Assembly (NCBI GenBank): GCA_973851085.1
Contig: OZ316775.1
Span: 21,328,001 to 21,392,000, forward strand
DNA: 64,000 nucleotides
Reading direction: 5' to 3'
From: Ptychomitrium polyphyllum
Lineage: Eukaryota
Part shown: piece after piece, positions 11,906 through 24,127 of the stretch
Position numbering within the stretch: position 1 is the stretch's first letter
How the letters are laid out: each line of letters begins with the position of its first letter
The notes under the pieces: generated by a model
The model's input: the letters and a program-made list of their open reading frames with translations, nothing else
What the model was told of the DNA's origin: nothing
Databases searched by the model: none
Program-made: the position numbers and the translations under genes

Positions 11906-13237
11906 ATGGTCGCCAATGGCGATGCCGGCAGTGGTTACGAGTCCCAGCCACTACTTGGTATGCTTTTTTTTTTCCGTTCACCCTCCTCCCTTATTGCATG
12001 TTGGGCTTATAAGCCGAATGATAGTTGCATGTCTCAAAATAGTTGCTAGTGCAGCTCAGACTCTTTTTAGAAACAAGAATAGATTTTTCGTTGCGGTATC
12101 TTGATGTGCTGTATTTTCTGGTTGCTGACGAGGGAACGAGGGGGAACCTCGGCCTCACCTCACCTCTTTGCTCTTATGTACTAGGTCATCCTCCTTCCTC
12201 TCCTCCCTGGCATCACAAATTTCAAGACCCCGATGATGGCCGACAGCGCTTCCTGCTCGAACTTGAGTTCGTACAGCTTCTTGCCAATCCTACCTATATC
12301 CATCGTCAGTCCTATAACCCTCTTATCTTGTGTTTCTCATCTTCTATTTTCTTACTATTGTGGTTCCTCTCTTTCTTATGTTGCGCCCATTACATCCACA
12401 GACTTGGCACAGAATCGCTATTTTGAAGACGAGGCGTTTGTAGGGTATCTTAACTACCTCTTGTATTGGAAACAGCCCGAATATGCCAAGTATATAATGT
12501 GAGTATCTAATACCGGATACTATTGGTGATGCATGCCTTGTGGAAATCTTTGTGTGTCATGTGGATTACTTCGTGTCTTGTTCGACTCTTTACAAATTTT
12601 TCGGACTTCGTTGTTTTTGGTCTGCAAACCTTTAATCGGACTGATACCAGATTTTTGATGCCAACGTTGAGACTTTGCTTCAATTAAAAATGGAAATCAT
12701 ATTGTGTAACTTTCATGTGTCTTTTTTTCTGGCAACAGGTACCCGCATGCATTCTTTTTCTTGGATATGCTTCAAAGTGCAAATTTTCGTGCAGCCATGG
12801 CCCATCCTGCAAACAAAGTGAGGCTGCGATTCCTTTGTCGTTAGAGGTGTAGTGTCTTATAATACTCAATCATGAGTGTTTCTGTTAGGTATATAATTGT
12901 TATATGTTGAGTTTACCTTTAATAAGGTCTCTTCATATTTGAATCGTCAAAAAGGGATTAGTTTCATTTGTTTCCTCACAAAATGATTTTTATAACATTT
13001 ATTGAGATATTAACATTGCAGGAGATTGCGCATCGGCAGCAGTATTATTTCTGGAAACACTACAGGAATAACCGATTGAAACAAATTCTACCTCGCCTTT
13101 TGCCCGAAGCCCCTGCTCCACCTCCTCCTCCCCCGCCAGCTCCCGTTCCTGTAGCGGCTCCAGCACCTACGAAGCCTGAAGGATCCACAAGAACAGGTGC
13201 TGGTGAGCGGAGAAAACGGAAGTATGCCAATTCATAG
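11906..13237 (+). CDS. MED31: Mediator of RNA polymerase II transcription subunit 31 (SOH1)
   Basis: Exons 11906(11871)-11957, 12185-12304, 12402-12498, 12739-12817 and 13022-13221/13237. They encode RQRFLLELEFVQLLANPTYIHHLAQNRYFEDEAFVGYLNYLLYWKQPEYAKYIMYPHAFFFLDMLQ, a Pro-rich tail and an RRKRK NLS. A further last exon near 13429 is possible. Confidence 0.95.
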
Positions 13238-16200
13238 TATATGAACTGTTGTTCCCTTTCTCTAGGCTCCAGTGAGATTATTGAATGTAGGCAAATCCAA
13301 ATCTGTAGAGCGTAAACGGCGTGTTAATTTTTCTACGAGGGGTCCTTTAAATTTATGTTGTAACATTTGGCTTAGCCAAAGAGGTTAAGAGTCGCGTATA
13401 TGTACATTAAAGCAGGTGTAGATGACAGGAAAGATCAAGAATGGAATAGGAATGTGGTTGAGTTGGCGATTCAAGAACCTGATGCAAGGAACTTGGGTTG
13501 GCTTTCACAATCTTTCCATGAAGACGACAGGGTGGTGATGTGCGGCCGATGTCTCACTCAAAATGTTAGATAGAGGATGAGTAATTCACTGGAGAGGTAC
13601 TGCTCGACCCTTTCAAGAAGGCTTCAGTGATGGATCAGTTCCTTTGATAAGCGAGGTATGATGTTTGATAATTTTTTTAATCCTACCTTTCACATCTGTA
13701 GCCTTTTCTTCCTTTTGCACTAGAGCAAGTTGATTTGGTCCAAAAACGGCATGAACCACTCGACTAAGTAAATGGGTGGAAACATTCAGATTTCATCAAG
13801 TTCTTTGTTGAGATTCTTTTTCATTGACTCAATCGACCGATTTGAGGGAAGAATGGCTCGCCCTGCATAGAAACATGCATAGATTCCTTCTTGGCAATTT
13901 CTAGTTAAAAGCTGGAAGCGTCAGCTACTCAAGGGTGGCTAGTCGTGTCAAGCGCATGGTAATGGGATCATAAAAGGTGATGGAATTTAGGAGCAATGAG
14001 ATTCACATATATGAGATGACCATGGAACGCGGTGACTTGCGGGAAAGAGGCCACTAAGGTGCTGTTGTTTTGAGCTAGACACGAACTATCATGGTATTCC
14101 TAGGTATCAGTAGATATCGCACACGTGATCAGAAAAAGTCTGACCAAAATGACCAGTAACTAGAATGCCGGTCATAACGGGTCACCACATCCTTAAAATG
14201 TCCTAGTTCTTTAAAGATACGTGCCATCATGATGACATACAGTACCGTAATTGGCTCCTTCCAGGCTTTTAAGGTGGAAGGAAACGAGTCAACATTTGGA
14301 GTTGTACGCGTGGTTTCTGAAAACATTGAAAATTGAAAGTTCAAAGAAGTCTAGTGAAATTAAGTTTAGGTATGTTGCTTAGGAGTTATGGAATTACAGG
14401 AACGGCTGATGCCTTAAATGCAGAAGTAGCGCCACACTAAGGAAGCTTATGCTGGAGAAGAATGCCTCAATTTAGTCTTGAAGTTGAGAGTTGATATGGT
14501 ACTTTGTGAGCACTTTGTTTTAAGCACATTGTGCTCCATGATATATTCCGAATAGAGTAAGGATCTGATTCCATGGTGGACCTAGAAAATTGGACAATTT
14601 AATTCAACGCTCTCAAGATGGATTGAATTAATTTTTAGCCCTCAAGTACATTTGATACATTGTTTAAAAAAGTTTAGAATCTAATTTTTTGTTAAATTTT
14701 GAGTAGATTGTACTAAACATAACAAATACTAAATTTATTAATATAGGATATTCTTTAATATAAATTTTCTCTCATTTCGAACCTTTTGGTCTCTAATTTT
14801 TTGGACAATTTTGTTTTGTGATTAAATTCTCATAAGTTTGATGATTGCATTTTTTTCATATTTTGTATGCTTGTTATTGAATTAATATCATTATGCCACT
14901 ATCGTGTATAGCATCAATTAATCTCCACCCATATTATTGTATTTTACTATGGTCAAGTTAAAATGAACATGAACAAAAGAATACTTTTCCAAAGATTCAA
15001 GAATATTAGAATTTATTACAAATGCTCAATAAAGGATTAAAAAATATCTTTTAAATTCTTTTGATTTTACTTTCATTTCTTTTCTTCTTCTTTTTTAATT
15101 AATCAAGATGTTTTATAAACCTATTACATCTATCTTTATAAAATTCTATAGATGGATTGTATAATTAGGCATGGAAGTCATATAAGCAAAGTTAAATGTA
15201 ACATACAAAAACATTATGACTTATGGTAGTTGGCAAGATCTAAATTGGATATATTGAAGAATTTATATACAAATTACTAACACTGTACCATGACATGTTA
15301 ATGTAGATATATATGTTTTTTATTTATATTAAAATTAATTGTCCTTTAATATTGGTCTTATATTATAAATGGAAAAAATCACTAATAAATGCATTTATAC
15401 AATAAAGTGCTACTTTAATATTAATATCTATACTTTGAAACATTTTCAAAACTTATATTAACATCTAAAAGACAAACTTCTAACCATGGAATCAAATTTT
15501 GACTCTATTTAATACATGACTATTATGATTAATATAAGATTGTAATTTTCTATTTTTAATCAATCCATGTATTTTCTATTTACCATAATTGTTTTGAAAT
15601 TTTTAATATACCTTTTATAATAGCCATGGATACAAGCAAAGAAATCATACTAGTAAAGAAGTCAAATTAAACACAAAATAATTTAAAACTTTCAATTTTA
15701 TAGTGTAATTTTCAAAATACAATATAAAGCATTAATAAATTTTACCAATATTAAAAAAAGCTTTATTATTCATAAAAACTTAGAAAAATAAATATGCTGT
15801 AGATATTCATGATAGGAATATAAATGTCATATCTTGTCACTTTGGAATTGCTATGAATCACTTTATTTTTAGAAAGTTTTCAAAAAATTTAAATGGAAAG
15901 GAAATCAAACTTGATAAATTACATTCTATGACTTAATCTCAAATATAAAAAATTTATTTCTATATCTAAGATTGCATTTCAATTTTTTAAATCTTGAATT
16001 TTTAATATATTCTACAATATTAATTGTTTTACTTTCAATATTAGATCAATAAAAATAAATCAATAAAGGTAGTTTGGTATTCTTAGTGAAAGAGACAACA
16101 ATGCCTACTACACTAATCAACTAGTTAGGCTTAGAATTCTTTTCAACCTTACCTAATAATGGACTAGAAATTTGCTCTTTTATATTAATTTTCTTGCCTT

Positions 16201-17399
16201 ATAGCATCTTCCAATACAAGCTCAAACAATTCTATTCTTCAATTAAACAAAGTTAACACCAACATGTGGTTTGTAAGTCACACAACCATACTGACTTGTG
16301 GGATTAGAAAAGAGAATCTTACCAAAAAAAATTCTAAAATGGAATTAAATAAAAGATAGCTATTGTGTTCAAACTCCTCAAGTGCCAGCACTTTGTTCCA
16401 CCTACCTAAATCTACGGATACCAACTCTTATTAATCTAGTAGACATCACAATTTTTTCTAGATTTAGTTCTAAGACTTTAATTTCACTCATAGGAATTAC
16501 ATTCAAAAGACAATTCCTAGACATGGATGTGGACTTTCCAAGAGGTCAATCAAGTGAAAAACAACCAAGGGATCAACAACCATGCTTTATTGTGGGATGA
16601 GTCTCTATTCAAAGTGAATTTCTACTCAAGGGTATTGGTGTCCATTGTCCTCTAAAGGCTAAGCCCAGAGACAAATCAAATAACCAAGGGCTTAGTGCAC
16701 CAGGCTGAGGCTCTATTCTTTAACTATGGAAGTTCAATTTTACAATGGTAGCTGTCATGTTCAAAATGCTCCCATGGCTGAGGGATGGAGCCTCACCGTG
16801 GTGTAATAGTCCTTGGTTATCAGAATGTTGGACCTTAGTGTATTGATTGTCCTCAAGATTTAACTTTGAAAGGGTAATAGGCAACTGACACCCGGAAGTG
16901 AAAATTCATCTTGAAATAGAGCTTGGAGTACTTAGAGTTCCTCTGTGGAACTCATGAGAAGTGCTATCTTGGAAGTTCCTTTGTGGAATTCCATAGGGAT
17001 GGTTGATGTCAACTGGAATGACTGGAAAAAGGAGTTCGTAGGCGGACCAGTGTGTGGATTCAAGGGTCCAAAGGGTCAAAGCGCGTTTAGGGTGGCAACA
17101 GTGGTGGCAGTGCAAATCTGAGTGCTACACCAATTGAAAATTGCCCTTCGAGGGTCTATGTCTGCACCCGAGAGTTGCTCTCTCGGGTGAGGTTCCCGTA
17201 GGTGAAATTAGAACCTCAAGACAGTGTATGAGACTTGTGGTGCACTATTCTGTGAATAAGTAAGAGAGTTGGGAATGAACATGGCGCCAGTGTGGACGAG
17301 CAAGGGGTTTTGAACATTGAACAGGACAATCCGTTGCCGGGAGTGATGAAAAGCCGCATTAAAGGCTCCAGGCCACAGCCACAGCCAGGGCGAGGAGAG

Positions 17400-17600
17400 G
17401 AGCGCGCGCCGACGGTACAGCGAAGGGGAAGCATCGCGCGGCGCGGCATCGGGGTCGTGACGCGCAGTCGCGGCCGCGCTGCGGCACGAACGCGTCTTGG
17501 AGCCTTCATGCTTGGAAAAGGCGCTGGGGCTGCGCTGTGCCTTGCCAGGCCTCACTCTCTTTATGTGGCTGTTGCGCGCCTTGATCACATCGCGAGCCGC
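17400..17600 (+). promoter_or_regulatory. GC-rich promoter/5' region of the Ca2+-ATPase with clustered CGCG boxes
   Basis: Several vCGCGb hexamers (GCGCGC, GCGCGG, ACGCGC, CCGCGC, ACGCGT) lie within ~200 bp, upstream of a probable 5'UTR intron ending near 18304. Confidence 0.35.
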
Positions 17601-18400
17601 TCTCTTCATCGCGTGGCGCTCCAGCCCAGGTACTCCGTTGATGGCCGTCATGCTTGCACCCTCGCTGCTGTGCGTGCGCACGATAGGGGTGTCAGAGGGC
17701 TACCGACCGGGCGGGAGTTTCGTATCACATTTGCACATCAATCTGGAGTAAAGTAGAGTTACCAGCTGTACGAGAATTTCATACGTTGGGGATTGTGTTC
17801 ACGCTTCGTGTCGCACTATGCCACGCCTGAAGAGTGTGAGAGTGTGAGACTTATCACGTATCGCGACTTTCGGTTGTGAGCAGGGAGTTGCGAATTGTGA
17901 GAGTCTGTCGTTGGATGTGAAAGTTTGTCGGGAATTCGGCTTGCTGAAGCTTGTTCACGTGAGGCCGTGACGTCTCTCTGGGCAAGATTGTGTTGTGTTT
18001 GTTCTTTTGAGCCTGTTTGTGGATTTCGTCTCCAGTTGTTGGTCTCGAGGACGGTTCTGGTGTGGGGTTCGGTATTCTAGAGACATGATCTGCTGTTTGC
18101 CGCCCTGGCTTTCTTGAGTGTTGAACTGGAATCCGTGAGGATTGGGAGGATGTTGTGAACGATAGGGAGTGCGTTGTGGATGCTGTGGATGTTGGCCCGT
18201 CTTGGTTTACGCGGGTGTCGCATTCTGGACTAGATTTGTGATTTATGTAGGACTGGGTTGATGTAGACCCCTAACTTTTGCTAGCGGGCGCTTGTGGTTT
18301 GCAGAGGTATGCGTTGCAGTTCGTAGTGCGCATGTAGAAGACTAAGAGGTACCTGGTTACTCCGTCGTTCGCGAGAGGCGGGTGGAATTTTCTGTTTGCA

Positions 18401-21400
18401 ATGGCTGAGGGAGAGGAAGGTTTTTCCTCGCCGCGAAGGCTGGCCACTCGACTAGAGACTCTCGCTTCGATGAAGAATTTCGTGATTCCTCACAAAGACG
18501 GTGACCCTGAATCGTTGAAAGCATGGCGTGTGTCCAGCTTCGTCCTGAATGCGACCCGCAGATTCCGATACACTGCCGATTTGGAGAAACGGCGAGAGGC
18601 TGCCGAAATGTTGCAGGTATGGAATCATTTGTGCCCACTGATTTCCACCTTTTTATCAGTTATGGTAAACCAATCTACGATTCTGCCGTCTCAACTAACT
18701 CCATCCCATATTTTATCTGGTGATTTAGGTTTTTGAAAAAAATTCTTGAAATTCTGTTTATAAACTTGCATCGATTCTTATCAGGCTATCAGAGTGAAAC
18801 GCCTTTTAGCCTTTCAAATGTCGATGTAGTCTGGTTTAGAAAGAAGTCTATATCTCAGGTGCCACACATGTTCGGGATTAGTCGAACCCGTGAAGGATAT
18901 ATTGAGCTAGCGAGGCTTCTCTCAATAGCACTCGCTGCTGGAAAACGATGTTGGCAGATTACATCTGGCTGACTCATTGTCGCTGTTGCCGGTGTGGGTG
19001 AGTCAGTGTCAATAGCATGCTTGGCCTGCCTACTGAAGCATTTGTGCTTAGGTGGAATGGGCGATTTCTCGAGGCTATGGCTGCATGCTTACCTGTGGAG
19101 TAGGTCTCTTTGGTAAAAGCAAGACATATTGCGTTGTTCTTTAAGCGTGGGCATTGTATACGTTCTGATAACTGCAAGGATATTCTGCTTTCATATTTGC
19201 AGCAAAAACGGATGAAACTGCGGTCAGTTGGTGCTGCCGCTAAAGTTGTATCAAGAATTAATGGCAGTAAGTTGCATTGCCGTAATGTTCTTTCTTACAT
19301 GGAGCATGAGAGGTCTTAACTTGCAGCTTGAAGTTGTGATCTGCTATAAATAATGTCGATGCATGCTTTTGACGGTAATATGAGGCTTTGTTCGTTCACA
19401 TTCTTAATTACTGGAATTGCGTGATTGTGCACTCTACTCTGATATAATGAAGATTGATGGTTGGGAATGTGACGACAGTAATACAGAGGCAGAAACAGGA
19501 TGTTGGGCAAGTGCAGAACGGATTCGAGGTCGACGCAAAACTGCTTGCAGGTTTGGTTGGAAGAAAAGAGTCAGACAAACTTGATCATTTGGGTGGTGTC
19601 AAGGGGTTGGCTCAGAAGCTGAAGAGCGCCCCAAAGCAGGGCCTGCAGATGGACGAAAATGATCTTAATTGGCGATGTGAGGAGTTTGGGACTAACACGT
19701 ATCCGGAGAAGCCACCTAAAGGGTTTTGGACCTTTGTTTGGGAGGCCATGCATGATTTGACCCTAGTCATTCTCGCCGTCTGCGCAGTTGTTTCACTCGT
19801 CATTGGTGTCATTACTGAAGGTTGGCAGGAAGGGTGGTATGATGGTGCTGGAATTGGATTTAGCATCATTCTTGTTGTATTCGTGACGGCCACTAGCGAC
19901 TACCAGCAGTCTCTTCAATTCAGGGACCTTGAAGCTGAGAAGAAGAAGATATTCATTGAAGTAACGCGCAAGTCCCGTCGCCAGAAAGTACTTATCTTTG
20001 AGCTTCTCGTAGGCGACATAGTGCATCTGAAAATTGGTGACCAAGTTCCAGCAGATGGTTTATATGTCTCAGGATGTGGTCTGTCCATTGACGAGTCGAG
20101 CATGACTGGGGAGAGCGAGTTAGTAGAGGTCAATGAAGAGAACCCATACCTGCTTTCGGGAACGAAAGTCCAAGACGGCAGTGGCCTGATGCTTGTCACT
20201 GGGGTGGGCATGAACACGGAATGGGGTCACCTCATGGCCACACTCAGCGAGGGTGGTGACGATGAAACCCCCTTACAGGTAAGAAGGCTTTTCTGATCCT
20301 GTATTTAGACGATTTGATACTGTTTCAAATTTATGTACTTGCACTTTTAATTCGCTCTTTAGACGGGTTGGCATCCGGAAATGTAAGTTTCCCACTATTG
20401 TCAGAACTGTTTGAATTTTGACGCACTAGTGTGATAAGAGCTGGAGTGAATTTTAGGACAAATGAAGGTCTCATCACAATTACATGGTCAGTTGAGGGGT
20501 TTCATCTTTCTTACACCCGCATTTTTGTGCAGGTGAAATTGAGCGGTGTGGCTACACTCATCGGCAAGATCGGTTTGATGTTTGCAGTTGTAACATTCTT
20601 AGTCCTCTTAGGGAGGTACTTGTATGGGAAAGAATCGCTTTCAGAATGGTCTGGCGCAGACGCATTGGTCATTGTAGACTACTTCGCCATTGCTGTGACA
20701 ATCATTGTTGTCGCTGTTCCGGAAGGCCTTCCACTCGCTGTCACTCTTACGCTTGCGTTTGCAATGAAGAAAATGATGCTTGACAAGGCTCTTGTGCGGC
20801 ACCTGGCAGCCTGTGAAACCATGGGATCGGCTACCACCATCTGCAGTGACAAAACGGGAACCCTTACTACAAATAAAATGACTGTTACTAAGGCTTGGGT
20901 TGCAGGCAAACTTCGTGAGGTGGGGAACATCAAGTCTGATCTCTCTCACAAAGTTTTTGAAATTCTCTTGGAAGGAACGTTTCAAAATTCCGAGGGTGAT
21001 GTTTCAGAGAGCAACGATGGTTCTGCCCCTTCTCTGCTTGGTACACCTACTGAAACAGCCGTTTTGAAATTCGGCTTAGATATTGGCGGTAAGTTTAAAG
21101 AATTCTGCAGTGAAAGCGAGATGGTTAAAATGGAGCCATTTAATTCTGTACGCAAGACAATGGGGGTTGTTGTGAAGAACCCTGAGACTGGGAAATTCCG
21201 TGCACATTGGAAGGGTGCGTCTGAGATTGTATTAAAGCAATGTGACAAGCATATTGACGCCGATGGTAACATTTTGTCTCTAGATGAGGTTAAAGTAAAA
21301 GAAATCAAGGGCGTCATGAACACATTTGCTGATGACGCTTTACGAACACTGTGTCTGGCCTTTAAGGAGGTCGATGCTTGCCCTGGTCGGGACGAACCGA

Positions 21401-23409
21401 TACCCAACAAGGGCTTTGTCTTGGTAGCTATTGTAGGAATCAAGGATCCCGTACGTCCGGGAGTGAAAGAGGCTGTACAATTGTGTTTTGCCGCTGGAAT
21501 CAAGGTAACAGCGACTTTGGCTTAGTCGGAAAAGTATTGTCGTGCTTCCTGGTTTCTTACCTGTTTTAGCTTGTCATTATCATGAGCTAGGCAGGAGTCG
21601 CTATTGGAATGACTTTATTTAACAAAGTATTATATTTCAAATCTGTGAAGGTGCGAATGGTGACTGGCGATAACCTAGCTACAGCCAAGGCTATTGCTCG
21701 TGAATGCGGTATACTTACCGATGGAGAGGCAATCGAGGGCTCTGAGTTCCGGGACTTGAACCCTGAGGAAATGAGAAAGCTTATCCCCAATTTGCAGGTT
21801 ACATCTCCTCTATTCGTTTTCAATTTACTCTCCAATTTATTTCTATTAATAAACAACTTTCCATGTTATGTAATTTTCTTACATTTTATGCTGGGTTTTG
21901 GATATGTGATAGATTATGGCAAGGTCTTCACCTACAGATAAACATACTTTGGTCCGTGAGCTTCGTGCGTTGGAAGAAGTGGTGGCTGTGACTGGAGATG
22001 GCACCAATGATGCACCTGCTTTGCATGAAGCTGATATTGGAATGGCGATGGGCATTGCGGGCACGGAGGTACGTATCATTAAAGGATCCTAATTAAACAA
22101 CTGAAGGGCTGCAACCACCAGTGTTCATCTGACTGTTTATTTCCAAATTGGCAGGTTAAGTAACCGATAAGTTGAATGAGTGAAAGCATTTCTGTTTATT
22201 TATTTTAAAATTTTCTGCTCACTTCCGAGCAATCTAGGAACATCGTAGACACATTTGAGTTCTGGTTGTGAGATGTGTTGGTTTATGTTAAGTTGAACTT
22301 TTTGTGACTCTCAGGTCGCAAAGGAGAGCGCTGATGTGGTGGTATTGGACGATAACTTTTCGACCATTGTGGTAGTTGCCAAGTGGGGTCGCTCTGTGTA
22401 TACAAACATTCAAAAGTTTGTTCAGTTCCAGCTCACCGTCAACTTGGTTGCTCTGGTGATCAATTTCAGCTCTGCTTGCATTACAGGTGCCTACTCATAC
22501 TATTTTTTATACAGTTTTTCTTTTAGGATATCTTATGCGGTATCACCTGTCTTGACATCTTGGTAAAGAGATTGGACAACTTTTTGTTTTGAATTGACAT
22601 GTTTTTACGATGTATGCCACTAGGTACTGCGCCTCTTACTGCTGTTCAGCTCCTGTGGGTGAATCTGATAATGGATACGCTAGGGGCGCTTGCATTGGCC
22701 ACGGAGCCCCCTTACGACGAGCTGATGATGAGACCTCCCGTCGGTCGGTTTGAGAGCTTTATAAGCAACGTGATGTGGCGCAACATCTTTGGTCAGGCTA
22801 TTTATCAGTTGGCTGTCCTCTCGGTGTTGCAGTACAAGGGGAAGGAGATTCTCCACCTCGAGGGGGATAACTCCACAGAACTATTGAATACTATGATTTT
22901 CAATGCTTTTGTCTTTTGTCAGGTATTGTATTACAGTTCATCGATAATTCCACATTGTTTTTGGTGGTTGTTAGGGTTTGTTGGTTGCAACTTTGTACTT
23001 CGGAGTGGTTTGCATGAATACGGGGTTGTGATTACACAAATCCTGAATTGTTGTAGTTGACAAATTCTTATTTCAGGTATTCAACGAGATCAACGCACGT
23101 GAGATGGAAAAATTGAATGTCTTCCGACACACGTTCAACAATTGGGTCTTCATTCTCATCCTCACCTTCACTGTTGTCTTCCAAGTTGTGTTGGTGCAAT
23201 TTTTGGGGAAGTTTGCAGGCACAATCCCGTTGAATAAAGAGCAATGGATGATAACCGTGGGCATCGGGTTTATCAGCTTGTTTGTCGCCATAATTGTAAA
23301 ATTCATCCCCATACCCAAAGCCCCAATGTTCGGAAGAGCCTCACGAAGAGATCCTGATTATATCAGCGTCAACGGCTATCAAGTGGTTCCCAGTGAACCT
23401 GGATTTTGA
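18401..23409 (+). CDS. ACA: Autoinhibited P2B-type Ca2+-transporting ATPase (ACA)
   Basis: Exons approx. 18401-18617, 19203-19267, 19479-20278, 20533-21504, 21651-21798, 21913-22068, 22315-22487, 22624-22923 and 23077-23409. Motifs: N-terminal CaM-binding/autoinhibitory [36 protein letters not shown], phosphorylation site [22 protein letters not shown] and [10 protein letters not shown]. Confidence 0.97.
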
Positions 23410-24127
23410 CGCGTAATTGATCCTGCTTGGTTGGTTGGATCCAGTGCATACGATTGTTTGTAGGGATTTACTGGTGTAGTACGGGGTTGGGAGATGGTGG
23501 CCGGTCCTTCACGGGATAGTCGAGCCTGACATAGTACGGAGGGTGGGCATCTATATCTTAGATTTTGAGTCGTGAGTTTGAGTTTGGTGAGGTTTATCTT
23601 TTTCAATTTCTTCGTCATCTGCTCTTCTGTATTTTTCAGTACAGGAAAGAAGCTTGCACAGCTGAGCTGTTTCATTGGAATGTAGTGTTAGTATGACACA
23701 AAGCATTTGTTCAATCTTTTTCATCGGAAGTGATCTTCACCTCTTCTTCTGTAAAGCTCAAGATTCAACCGGCCAAGCGGAATCAATTACGCTTCAAATA
23801 GTTAAAGAGTTGTGTAAGGACGTACCGTGGGTCTGCGAGATCCCCACATGCTGCGTGTATCAACATGGACTTAGAGGTAGTTAGATTATTCAGGATTTTA
23901 AATGACTAAGAACTGTTGGATTTGTAAGGAAGATCACAATTACAAGTACGTTACATGTACGTTGCAGGCTTTGTTTTTTGGCCATGCTCTTCAGCTTGTG
24001 CACTTTCTTCTCGTCTTTGTTCTTTCCCCACTGATGAGGCAGGTGGAGCAATTTTCACTCCCATTAATAAATGAACATAAGCTGATTGGGGAGCCTAGTG
24101 GAATTCTTGAAATGTAAGATTTGAAAG

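Noticed and set aside
16250..17120. Possible transposon coding relic
   Set aside because: The composition is intermediate, but I could not recognise any RT, integrase or transposase motif.
17208..17756. Overlapping ORFs of up to 157 aa upstream of ACA
   Set aside because: GC-rich promoter/5'UTR. The Arg/Ala-rich translations show no family features.
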